A stretch of DNA of 64,000 nt, taken from NCBI GenBank assembly GCA_963706575.1, contig CAVPNL010000004.1:552476-616475 (forward strand). The letters are read 5' to 3'. Within the stretch, counting starts at the first letter, position 1. Every line of letters begins with the position of its first letter. This document shows positions 49,651-58,867 of this stretch, one piece after another. The notes beneath the pieces are model-generated. The model was not told the origin of the DNA, ran no database searches, and saw only the letters and a program-made list of their open reading frames with translations. This DNA comes from an uncultured delta proteobacterium (GTDB taxonomy: Bacteria; Desulfobacterota; Desulfobacteria; Desulfobacterales; JAHEIW01). Both the position numbers and the translations under genes were made by a program.

Positions 49651-50424
49651 TTACCTTTCTGCAATCGGTTTGCGTTTTTTGGGATGATCGAACAATGGCG
49701 TTCTTTTAAGCAATAACCGCAGTGCCTGCCAGTAAATCATGGTGGTGACCTTGGCCGTCATCAGCGGATATTGGATCAACACCCGGTTCAGGGCCCCCGC
49801 ACTGATCTCGCGTCGTTTCAATGCAAGGCTGGCATCGAAAAGCTTCTGTCCGTTTTCATAGTCGATCATATGCACGCGAATATCCGTGTCGGGTTCGCGA
49901 AAACGCCAGTCATAATCAATATTCATATCGATAAACGGAGAAACATGAAAAACCTTTTCAAAACGATGCCGCCGCCAGTTTTTGACCGGATGTTCGTCTT
50001 GTTCCCGGCCCAGAACATAGCAATGCACTTCACTCCAGGGAGTGTTGTGTATTTCGACAACGATGGTTTCTACCGTTGAACCCGTGGCATCATAGCAATA
50101 ATAAAAACTGGCCGGGTTAAAGCAATACCCAAAATACCGCAGATGGGTCAGCATCCGAATGGGCCCCTCAGGCGGGCGTCCGGCTTTTTCGGCAACCAGA
50201 CGACGCACCGCTTGTTCGATCGGCAGTTTAGGATCGCCGAAGTGATCTCTACGTCGAAAATATGCGATGTTCGGCCGCTGAAAAGACCAGAGGGGATGAT
50301 TGTCGAACACGGCGGGCAGTTCTTCCAGGTCCAGATACATAAAGAACAGTCGATATCTAAAATGATTGGGCGTTGGCCTGAACCGACGATGTCGAACGGT
50401 GCCCTCGTAAATGCAGCTATGCAT
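49651..50424 (-). CDS. DUF1365 protein (UfaO-like)
   Basis: GTVRHRR, GYCFNPASFYY, EIHNTPW, KVFHVSPF, IYWQA. Confidence 0.92.
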   Translation of the reverse strand: MHSCIYEGTVRHRRFRPTPNHFRYRLFFMYLDLEELPAVFDNHPLWSFQRPNIAYFRRRDHFGDPKLPIEQAVRRLVAEKAGRPPEGPIRMLTHLRYFGYCFNPASFYYCYDATGSTVETIVVEIHNTPWSEVHCYVLGREQDEHPVKNWRRHRFEKVFHVSPFIDMNIDYDWRFREPDTDIRVHMIDYENGQKLFDASLALKRREISAGALNRVLIQYPLMTAKVTTMIYWQALRLLLKRTPLFDHPKKRKPIAER

Positions 50425-50582
50425 GCGTCATCCTTTTTAAAATGAAATCTATTTCGCTAAACGTTTTCATTATAAGCATAAAATTAATTTCGTCAGCAAA
50501 TAGATCGAGAATATTTTTAAAAGGTCTAAGGGAATTATGGATGTCTGTGTCCGGTCGAAATCAAATCATTCGAAAATAGTTC

Positions 50583-51827
50583 CTAAAGGGATTTGCCGAA
50601 ATGTTTTCCAACCACCAGTGCGCTTTTGACACCATCCTCATGGAAACCGTAGCCCCAATAGGCGCCACAGAAATAGGTGCGATTGACTCCGTTGATCTCC
50701 TCATGACGGTTTCTCGCGGCCAGGCTTTTCGGATTATAGACCGGATGATGGTAATGCATTTCTTTGATTTTCTTGCCGGGATCAACGGTATGCGGCAAAT
50801 TGAGCGTAACGCAGTATTCGACTGGGGCGCCCAGGCCTTGCAAGATGTTCATGTCATAAGTCAGGGCCACACGCCCCAGATCCTCTTGCGGTATATGGTA
50901 ATTCCAGCTGGCCCAGGCTGCCTTTTTACGGGGTAAAATCGATTCGTCTGAATGCAGGATCGCATGATTGTCCTGATAGGGGATGGCTCCTAGGATTTCT
51001 TTTTCGCTGTCTGTCGGGTCCTGCAGCATTGCCAGGGCCTGATCGCTGTGGGTGGCAATTACCACCTGATCAAAATGTTCTGTGGGGCTGTTATCAGCTT
51101 GCACCTCGACGTGATCCGGATATCGCCGAACGGCTCTCACCGGGCAATTGATTCGGATTTGATCCCGATAACCCCGGGTGATCGGTTTGACGTATTGTCT
51201 GGAACCGCCATCGATGACCTGCCACTGGGGCTGGTTGCGCACATTCAGAAAACCATGGTTTTTAAAAAACTGGGCAAAGTAAAGGGCAGGGAACTCGTTG
51301 AATTTGACGGGATCCGCCGACCAGATCGCTTCACCCATGGGGATAATGAAATGTTCTATAAACAGCTTTGAAAATCCCTTTTCAGCCAAAAAATTTTCAA
51401 GCGTCAGCGTGTAGTCGTCACCTTTTAGAAGTTCTTCGGATTCTCGTCGAAATCGAAAAATGTCGAATACCATGCGGTAGAACGATGGGCGCAACAGATT
51501 TTTGCGCTGGATGAAAAGCGAATTTAAAGAACTGGGGCTAAATTCCAGCCCGGTTTTGTTACATTGCACACTGAAACTCATGTTGGAGGCTTTCCATGCC
51601 ACCCCCAGGCGTTTCATCAGCTTGACAAAATTCGGATACGTCTTTTCGTTAAATACAATAAAGCCGGTGTCTACGGCATAGGATGTGCCATTCAGGCTGA
51701 CATCAATCGTGTTGGTGTGTCCGCCGACATAATCCTCTGCCTCATAGACGACCAGTTCATGCTCATCACTGAGCAGGTATGCTGCCACCATGCCTGCAAT
51801 GCCGGTTCCGATGATAGCGATCCGCAT
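50583..51827 (-). CDS. NAD/FAD-binding oxidoreductase (UfaD-like)
   Basis: GTGIAG, GGHTNT, VDTGFIVFNEKTYPNF, WASWNY, GAYWGYGFHEDG. Confidence 0.92.
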   Translation of the reverse strand: MRIAIIGTGIAGMVAAYLLSDEHELVVYEAEDYVGGHTNTIDVSLNGTSYAVDTGFIVFNEKTYPNFVKLMKRLGVAWKASNMSFSVQCNKTGLEFSPSSLNSLFIQRKNLLRPSFYRMVFDIFRFRRESEELLKGDDYTLTLENFLAEKGFSKLFIEHFIIPMGEAIWSADPVKFNEFPALYFAQFFKNHGFLNVRNQPQWQVIDGGSRQYVKPITRGYRDQIRINCPVRAVRRYPDHVEVQADNSPTEHFDQVVIATHSDQALAMLQDPTDSEKEILGAIPYQDNHAILHSDESILPRKKAAWASWNYHIPQEDLGRVALTYDMNILQGLGAPVEYCVTLNLPHTVDPGKKIKEMHYHHPVYNPKSLAARNRHEEINGVNRTYFCGAYWGYGFHEDGVKSALVVGKHFGKSL

Positions 51828-51876
51828 TTGAATTTCTCCTCAATGGTTTAGCGAAACATTCACGTTCTTATTTAGG

Positions 51877-52842
51877 TTAAAGGGTCTCGGCGACCGCTCG
51901 ATTTTGTTCTCGCAAACCCTCCGGCAAACCCCGCAGATCCCGGACGATGCCCAGCAAACTCAGGAGCTTGAGCAAATAATAGGTAATATCAATTTCCCAC
52001 CAGTAAAATCCCTGGCGCGCGGAAATCGCATAATGATGGTGATTGTTATGCCACCCCTCGCCCAAGGTAATCAGCGCCAAAATCGCATTGTTGCGACTGG
52101 TATCCGCAGTATCATAACGACGGCTGCCGATCATGTGATCAAAAGAGTTGATGGTCACCGTTCCGTGAAAAAGCACCACCGAAGAAATAAAAAACCCCCA
52201 GATCAGCAGCTGGGGACCGTTGGTCCCCAAACCGGGTGCATATTTTTGCAGTAAATTGCCCCCCAAAAATAATATAACGGCCAATAGAACCGGAATGACA
52301 GTGTCGAAGCGATTGATCCAGCGCAGCTCGGGATATTTGGCCCAATCTTTCACATATTGCATTTTGGTCGGAAAATTCGCGGGCGACGTTAGCCACCCGA
52401 TGTGGCTCCAGATAAATCCGTGCCGGCTGGGTGAATGGATATCTTTTTCAGTGTCCGCGAAGCGGTGGTGATGGCGATGATGCGCTGCCCACCACAACGG
52501 GCCGCGCTGAACCGAAGAATTGCCGATGACAGCAAAGATGAATTGCCAGAACCGATTGGCTTTAAACGCTTTGTGGGAGAAATAACGATGGTAAAATCCG
52601 GTAATGCCAAACATGCGGATAAAATAAAGCCCGGCTGCCGTCAAAACGGCAAACCAGCTCCACCCCACCCAGATGACCCCCAAACACATCAGGTGCAATA
52701 TCACAAATGGAATGATCCGAAACCAATCGACTTTCTTGACAGGTGCGTTGGATATTTGATCAGCATACGCATCCGCGTCAAACCAGCGCCAGAGCGATAG
52801 CAGAAAATTGGATTTCTTTGAAGTGTTCCCCACTTTTTTCAT
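51877..52842 (-). CDS. Membrane acyl-lipid (delta-9-type) desaturase
   Basis: His boxes HRYFSH, HHRHHH, GEGWHNNHH. Confidence 0.93.
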   Translation of the reverse strand: MKKVGNTSKKSNFLLSLWRWFDADAYADQISNAPVKKVDWFRIIPFVILHLMCLGVIWVGWSWFAVLTAAGLYFIRMFGITGFYHRYFSHKAFKANRFWQFIFAVIGNSSVQRGPLWWAAHHRHHHRFADTEKDIHSPSRHGFIWSHIGWLTSPANFPTKMQYVKDWAKYPELRWINRFDTVIPVLLAVILFLGGNLLQKYAPGLGTNGPQLLIWGFFISSVVLFHGTVTINSFDHMIGSRRYDTADTSRNNAILALITLGEGWHNNHHHYAISARQGFYWWEIDITYYLLKLLSLLGIVRDLRGLPEGLREQNRAVAETL

Positions 52843-52956
52843 TGAGCAAGCTTATCTGAAAATAGTGATTTCAGTTTACTCCAAATATCCCCGATGATCG
52901 CATTCACAACTTTTCTGTAATGGAATTTATTAAAAAATACAACAATCATATCATTG

Positions 52957-53673
52957 TTACCGAAAGGTTCTCAGAGCGCTCATGCCTCCATCGATGTGAA
53001 TAATCTGACCGGTCAGCCAGGTACTGGCATCCGAGAGTAAATAGATGGCTAAACCGGCAATTTCCTGTGGTGTTCCGATGCGTTTTAAGGGATGACGATC
53101 AGCCGATGCCTGACGTTTTTCTTCGCTGGACAATAAATTTTGGGCCAGGGGCGTATCGGTCAAAGACGGGGCGATGGCGTTAAATCGGATACGGGGCGCA
53201 AATTCAGCGGCCAATGATCGCGTAAGTCCCTCCACAGCCGCTTTGGCGCCGGCGACGGAGGCATGAAATGGCATGCCCGTTTTTACAGCCACCGTGCTGA
53301 ATAAGACAACCGACGCTCCTGTTTTTGACTTTCTTAGACGGGTTAAGCAGGCTTGAATGGTCCTCACCGCGCCCAGAAAATTAACCTGAAGATCTTTTAA
53401 GAAATCATCGATCGTCAGACGCTGAAAGGGTTTGAGCTGGATGGTCCCCGGACAATAAACGATTCCATTTAATACTTCTGGTAGTCCTTCGAGATTAAGC
53501 GGGTCCGCCGTCACATCCAGCGGCAAATGATGCACGCCAGCAAGTTCGGCCAGTTGATCATTGGTTCGTGAACCCACGTAGACTTCGTTACCTTTTTCAT
53601 GAAGCGCTTTGACAATTTCCAGACCAATGCCGGAACTGCCACCCACAATAAGAAAATGTTTCTCGTCCATCAT
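52957..53673 (-). CDS. Short-chain dehydrogenase/reductase
   Basis: GGSSGIG, VNFLG, LTGQIIHIDGG; the YxxxK position reads HASVAGAK (atypical). Confidence 0.9.
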   Translation of the reverse strand: MMDEKHFLIVGGSSGIGLEIVKALHEKGNEVYVGSRTNDQLAELAGVHHLPLDVTADPLNLEGLPEVLNGIVYCPGTIQLKPFQRLTIDDFLKDLQVNFLGAVRTIQACLTRLRKSKTGASVVLFSTVAVKTGMPFHASVAGAKAAVEGLTRSLAAEFAPRIRFNAIAPSLTDTPLAQNLLSSEEKRQASADRHPLKRIGTPQEIAGLAIYLLSDASTWLTGQIIHIDGGMSALRTFR

Positions 53674-53763
53674 TCACCTTCCTCAAATTGTCGTTTTCTT
53701 TATTTGCAGTAAATTGGCATCTTTTATGATGCTAAATTCATTTTCTGTACAGAAAATTCAAAA

Positions 53764-54210
53764 TCATTGATTTTTCCGCTGCATTTCTCTTTGGCGCATC
53801 GGCATCGAGTCGATCAATCCAAAAACGTCGCTTAAATCAACTCGATCCTCACTTTTGAGTTTGATGCCGCCGTCTTTGCCGACCAGAATGAGGTTGAATG
53901 TATTGCTGGGTATGGCAAAGTGAGTGCGTATCGAATCGGCTTCCTTTCGATCCAAAGGACTATTATTCATTCGGGCAGGACCTTGCGCCGGCACCTCAAA
54001 AACAATCAAATCCCGGTCGTCTACTTCAGCTTTTTGAGCCATAATTTGGCCTTGTAGATTCTTAAAGAAAGGATCGTTGGCATCTTCGGCAAAAAGAAAA
54101 AGCAGCCGGTTTTTCCACTGGAACTGCGTTAAATCCATAGACAATGCCTCCTCGGGAGCCCAAACAGTTAAACCAATCAAAATCAAAAAAACAACGACAA
54201 ATCTTCTCAT
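53764..54210 (-). CDS. DUF4174 family secreted protein
   Basis: WKNRLL, LVGKDGGIK, IDSMPMRQRE; start moved to MRRF. Confidence 0.9.
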   Translation of the reverse strand: MRRFVVVFLILIGLTVWAPEEALSMDLTQFQWKNRLLFLFAEDANDPFFKNLQGQIMAQKAEVDDRDLIVFEVPAQGPARMNNSPLDRKEADSIRTHFAIPSNTFNLILVGKDGGIKLKSEDRVDLSDVFGLIDSMPMRQREMQRKNQ

Positions 54211-54364
54211 AGCTATATTTCGCCCTTTTTTTGTATGAATTCTGTTTGCAAATTCTAATTTACTGCGCATTATTGTTTATACATTAACGCATTACTTTGA
54301 CTTGTAAAGATCTTTTCACTAACCGGAATCTGAATCAATAAGACCTTAGCACTTACGTAAGCCA

Positions 54365-55387
54365 ATGAAACCCATTACCATCGGTTTTTCTATTCATCGG
54401 TCGGAAGTTATCGACATAGCAGCTGATTTAATGCAGCGCCACGATGTCATTTTCCTGGAAGAACCGCCCGTAAACGGATTACAGGAAATGCTTCAAGGCG
54501 CCCTGTCAATTGACGACTATTTGTTGCCCGCCGAGGTCGAATACCCGGAATTTAGCCGCCGCATGTGTCGGCTGTTGCGTGAGCTTTATCAAGATGGCAA
54601 GAAAATCATTCAGGTGGAGCCGTTTTTAGAACATCTTCTGGCGATTCATACCTTTTTTTCACTAGGGCATCAGCCTAAAGAACTGCGGCCGGACTCGGTT
54701 CACCATCAGGTGTATCGGGCAGAGCGAGATGCCACCAAGGCCCTTTTGGATTACTACCAGATCGTGATGAACGGTTCATTTAAGGCCGCCATTCAGGCCA
54801 TCATCCGCTTTGCGCGCTTTGATGCGGCCCGATTTCGATTGCGTGACAGTCTGCGGGCCCAGGCCTTAGCCGCTGAACTAAATAAAGGGTCTTCTGTATT
54901 TATCGAAGCCGGTGTGATTCATCTTGCGTTGTATCATCTGCTGAAAAAAAGATTGCCGCAATCGCTTCAACTCAAACCCTTATTTATAACCCGTAAAGCG
55001 CTGAAAATCCTCGGCGCCAAAGGGCACCTGTTTGGCCCCGGTGATCAGTTGACGCTTACCTATATATTTCATCCCAAAACTCATGGAACCTTCAGAGCAG
55101 AGCTGCTTGCAGCGCGATCATTGATCTATTCGAAACTAATTGAAAAAGAAGAAGTCTCGGCCGGCTTAGAAACGTTTCCCCATATTCGCAACGAGCTCGC
55201 CTGTATTCGCACCGTCAAATTGCTGACTTTGGTGGATTGCGATCGACTATTTCCGTTGATCCGCTGCATTAAAACCGAACACGCCCGGCAGCTTGTAGAT
55301 GATTATTTGGTCCGCATTAAAAAGCTTCCCCGGCAAAGCTGGAAGCGTCAATCATTTAAATCGCAGACTGAAGGAGAATATATTTAA
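54365..55387 (+). CDS. Hypothetical protein (340 aa)
   Basis: Long ORF; IFLEEP and FIEAGVIH motifs; no family recognised with confidence. Confidence 0.75.
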   Translation: MKPITIGFSIHRSEVIDIAADLMQRHDVIFLEEPPVNGLQEMLQGALSIDDYLLPAEVEYPEFSRRMCRLLRELYQDGKKIIQVEPFLEHLLAIHTFFSLGHQPKELRPDSVHHQVYRAERDATKALLDYYQIVMNGSFKAAIQAIIRFARFDAARFRLRDSLRAQALAAELNKGSSVFIEAGVIHLALYHLLKKRLPQSLQLKPLFITRKALKILGAKGHLFGPGDQLTLTYIFHPKTHGTFRAELLAARSLIYSKLIEKEEVSAGLETFPHIRNELACIRTVKLLTLVDCDRLFPLIRCIKTEHARQLVDDYLVRIKKLPRQSWKRQSFKSQTEGEYI

Positions 55388-55388
55388 A

Positions 55389-55796
55389 ATGAAACCCATA
55401 CCCTTTAATTCGCAAAAAGATTTAGCGCCTGTCGTTTTTGACACCCAAACCTGCCGTCTGGCAAACGAATTAAAACAACTGGGAATACCCTGGCAACCGC
55501 ACGTGGGATGTTTCGTATGGGACCCGCATGAGCATATAAAGGCCGAATCTCCATTTCCCTATAGAATTTACTTTATTCTGAGCCTGCCGAGGTTTCTTGA
55601 TATATTCGGCAGTATTGAAGCGATTGCTGAAAAACTGGTATGGCTGCCGACTTGGCATCAGGCCCGGCTGCTGTGCCAACAACTGGGTGTGCCCGATCAA
55701 GTCGTGGCAAATATTTGGCATAGCCAAACGACACCATCAGCGGGTGAAGAATTGTGACAAATCTATGAGCTTCTCATAGGTGTGCTAAAAGAATAA
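55389..55796 (+). CDS. Hypothetical protein with an in-frame TGA at 55755 twelve codons before TAA
   Basis: GAAGGAG RBS; ...GEEL-TGA-QIYELLIGVLKE-TAA. Confidence 0.6.
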
Positions 55797-55834
55797 GCCT
55801 CATTTTGAAAGCGGTGGGTTAGGAGAAAAGCGTC

Positions 55835-56212
55835 ATGAAAACAGCGAAACCGGATAGCCGAAACCGTTCCTTTTGCGAGGCCATCATCGCAAAAAGACAG
55901 GGAGATATTTCTACCTTGCCAAATAGGTTGGCCCGACACGTATCGCACGTTTACGGTGATTTCATTGCGGCCTATTTGAACGTTTTGAGACAGAAAGAAG
56001 GCAAACCGCGGGATTGGTTTCCTGAATCACTCTCTATTGATCCGGCATTGGTAGATGAAATGCGGCATTTTTTTTCAGATTATCAGCATATCACGAAAGC
56101 CTTTCTTACCCTGAACAAACAGATGGATGGACTGCACGAAATCGACAAAGACAAACAGCCAAATTTGTATGAGTACACGGTGGCCAGCATTTTAAGCCAT
56201 GAACGCCGGTAG
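55835..56212 (+). CDS. Hypothetical protein
   Basis: ORF track; AGGAG RBS. Confidence 0.7.
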   Translation: MKTAKPDSRNRSFCEAIIAKRQGDISTLPNRLARHVSHVYGDFIAAYLNVLRQKEGKPRDWFPESLSIDPALVDEMRHFFSDYQHITKAFLTLNKQMDGLHEIDKDKQPNLYEYTVASILSHERR

Positions 56213-56243
56213 CGGCTCAGCTGCAGTTTGCCCGGAGGTTTAG

Positions 56244-57509
56244 ATGAAATTAACAGATGTTGACGTTGTCGTTGTCGGTGCCGGCCTTGCCGGATTGTCA
56301 TGTGCAAGACACCTGATGAACCGCAGCGTGTCTTTTATCATTCTTGAGGCCGATGACCGAATTGGCGGCCGCCTGAAAACCGATGTGCTGGACGGGTTTT
56401 TATTGAACCACGGATTCCAGGTATTGCAGACCGCATACCCCGAGGCCCGTCGCCAATTAGACTACCATCGCCTCGACTTGAAACCATTTGCCCCGGGAGC
56501 GATTATCCGGGTGTCAGGTAAATTTAAGCGAGTCTCTGACCCCAGGCGTCGTCCGAGAGACATTTGGAGCTCCCTGACGGCGCCGGTTGGCACTTTTGCT
56601 GACCGTTTGCGGATGATTCGAATGGCATCCAGCGCCCGGCGGGGAAGTGTTTCCAGTGTGTTTCAGGGTCCGGATATGACGACGCTCGAATTCCTGCAAT
56701 CCCAGGGGATTTCAGAAAAAATGATCGAGCGGTTTTTTAAGCCGTTTTTCGGGGGCGTCTGCCTTGATCCGGCGATTCGAGCATCGAGCAATGTATTCAA
56801 ATACGTTCTGCGTGTCTTTGCCGAGGGCGATGTTGCTTTGCCCGGCCAGGGGATGGCGGCCATCGCCAGCCAGCTCGCCGAAGATTTACCAGAGGCGACG
56901 ATCAAGACCGGAACCCGGGTCGAAGCGATCCATCCGGGCGGTGCGGTTTTATCATCGGGACAAACACTCAAGTGCCGCGCAGTGGTGTTGGCGACCGATG
57001 GTCCGGAGACGATGCGTTTGCTGGGAAAACCCGCATCGATGGTCTCCCAGGGCGAATTATGTCTTTATTTTGCAGCCCCAAAAGCACCGATCAATGCGCC
57101 CTATCTCATCCTAAATGGCCAAGGAACCGGTGTGATCAACAGCCTGACCGTTCCCAGCGTCGTTGCAACCTCATATGCGCCGACCGGCCAAGAGCTGATT
57201 TCCGTGGTGCTGATCGGTCATTTGGAGTTAGATGACAGGACCGCTCAATTGGAGGTGCGAAAAGAACTAACCGAATGGTTTGGAAACGGGGTCGAAGAAT
57301 GGCGCCATTTGAAAACTTACCGCATCCAACATGCGTTGCCCGCCCAGCCGCCGCCGATGCCGGATCCAAACATTCCATCAAAACCGGTGAAGCCGGGTAT
57401 TTATGTTTGTGGCGAGTACCAAAGCGTTCCGGGTATTCAGTGGGCCCTTCTTTCCGGCCGACATGCCGCCGAAGCGGTAATCAAGGAACTGGCAGAAATA
57501 CCTGGATAA
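56244..57509 (+). CDS. FAD-dependent oxidoreductase (amine oxidase / phytoene desaturase-like)
   Basis: VVGAGLAG, GGRLKTD..DGFLLNHGFQV, IQWALLSG. Confidence 0.9.
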   Translation: MKLTDVDVVVVGAGLAGLSCARHLMNRSVSFIILEADDRIGGRLKTDVLDGFLLNHGFQVLQTAYPEARRQLDYHRLDLKPFAPGAIIRVSGKFKRVSDPRRRPRDIWSSLTAPVGTFADRLRMIRMASSARRGSVSSVFQGPDMTTLEFLQSQGISEKMIERFFKPFFGGVCLDPAIRASSNVFKYVLRVFAEGDVALPGQGMAAIASQLAEDLPEATIKTGTRVEAIHPGGAVLSSGQTLKCRAVVLATDGPETMRLLGKPASMVSQGELCLYFAAPKAPINAPYLILNGQGTGVINSLTVPSVVATSYAPTGQELISVVLIGHLELDDRTAQLEVRKELTEWFGNGVEEWRHLKTYRIQHALPAQPPPMPDPNIPSKPVKPGIYVCGEYQSVPGIQWALLSGRHAAEAVIKELAEIPG

Positions 57510-57549
57510 GTTTCAACAATGTAGCGATAGGATTATCGATAACGGCATG

Positions 57550-58552
57550 TCACGTGTGCAAAATATCCGGCAATGGCTCAACGAGTCCATCGATCCAGCG
57601 AATTGGAAATTTTTCAATGCCGTAGGATGCCCCCATTAGCGCTCCAAGTACCGCCCCGCGCGCGGCGTTGTCACCGCCGAGATTGGTATTGGCGATGAGC
57701 GCATTTTCCGGATCATCGTGGTATTTTAATGCCAGATAAACAACTGCCGGAATTGAGTCCTCAACATAACAGGCCGTGCTGAAGCGCGGACCCACCACCC
57801 AGTCGTCAGGATCATCCAGCCATTTGATAAAAGGATGTCCAAGCAAGGGATTTTGCTGTTTTGCAATTTCCTCAACGATGGCTTCTTTCAACCGGACGCC
57901 GTTGAGCACCTTCAGCAAAATATCGATCAACAATGATCCGGCAGTTTTCATTTTGGAACCGGGTGGGTAGCAGGTGGGTCAAGGCGGCCTCGCGGGCTTG
58001 GTCGGGCCGATTGAAATAAAAAACAACGATGGGAACAATTCCGAGCAGACCGCCGATATGCTTTTCTTCGACACCGCATCTGCGTGGCGGCATGTCCCTG
58101 GCATAATTTGCGAAGAAATTGCGATGGCACTCCTCGATGTAGGTGTCTTGGTGGTTGCCCGGGATTGTCATGAAGGCGATGTATCTTCTTAGAAAATCGT
58201 CTGCGTTGTAGGTGCCGTTTTGGTTTATCGAGTCAATGAGCAGCCGGCAAATTTTAACATTTAAGGTGTTCTCACCTGCTTTGAGAAACTGGTGATAATG
58301 AATGCCCTTTTGACCCCAGTAGGGGATTTGATCGTGCAGAATTTCGCCTTTTGCGTTTGACGCTTTGTAGCTGGAGCGCCACAGAATGCTGTCCGGATGC
58401 GGATTGCGCGGTGCCAAGTAGTCTGTCACCCGGCCATAATCTCGATTGAGTGCCTGGCGGTTATAATACCAGTGAACTGGCATCGCCAGTGCATCGCCGA
58501 TGCACAAACCGTAAAGCGCTCCGCGTGATATAGTATTGATGGCATTCGTCAT
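57550..58552 (-). pseudogene. ADP-ribosylglycohydrolase family gene, frameshifted near 57960-57975
   Basis: N-part has GDALAMPVHWYY; C-part in another frame has NLGGDNAARGAVLGAL. Confidence 0.8.
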
Positions 58553-58699
58553 CGTTAATTTTCCAGTCTATTCTTCGTCCAGCTTTAAAGGATCAGCAAC
58601 AAAGCGATTATGGAAATCTATCTTTACAAATAGATATTTTTAAATGGTAAGTCTGGTCGGCACCCCGGGCAAGTGAAAAGAATGATCGGCGTTCCAGGA

Positions 58700-58849
58700 T
58701 TATCTGGAAAGCTTGATCGGTCTTTGCATGATCTGGCCCTGATTGCGCTTAAAAAATACCTCATTGTCTGTGGTCCAGGTGCGTAGCGATTCAATCGGTG
58801 TTTCGGCATTGAGGGGTTTTTCCGTCATGACACGCATCTTTTTCTTCAT
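58700..58849 (-). pseudogene. N-terminal remnant of a sulfite-oxidase-family molybdoenzyme
   Basis: Manual translation MKKKMRVMTEKPLNAETPIESLRTWTTDNEVFFKRNQGQIMQRPIKLSR*; PLNAET..L....T....FF.RN signature; GAGGTG RBS. Confidence 0.65.
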
Positions 58850-58867
58850 AGCGGCACCTCAGTTTTT

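Noticed and set aside
55755-55757. Third possible selenocysteine codon
   Set aside because: Context (GEEL-TGA-QIY) is not Cys-like and I see no GC hairpin 3' of it; a nonsense mutation or true stop is more likely.
56244-57509. crtI / carotenoid pathway under CarH control
   Set aside because: Protein is shorter and lacks recognisable CrtI features; no crtE/crtB in the window.
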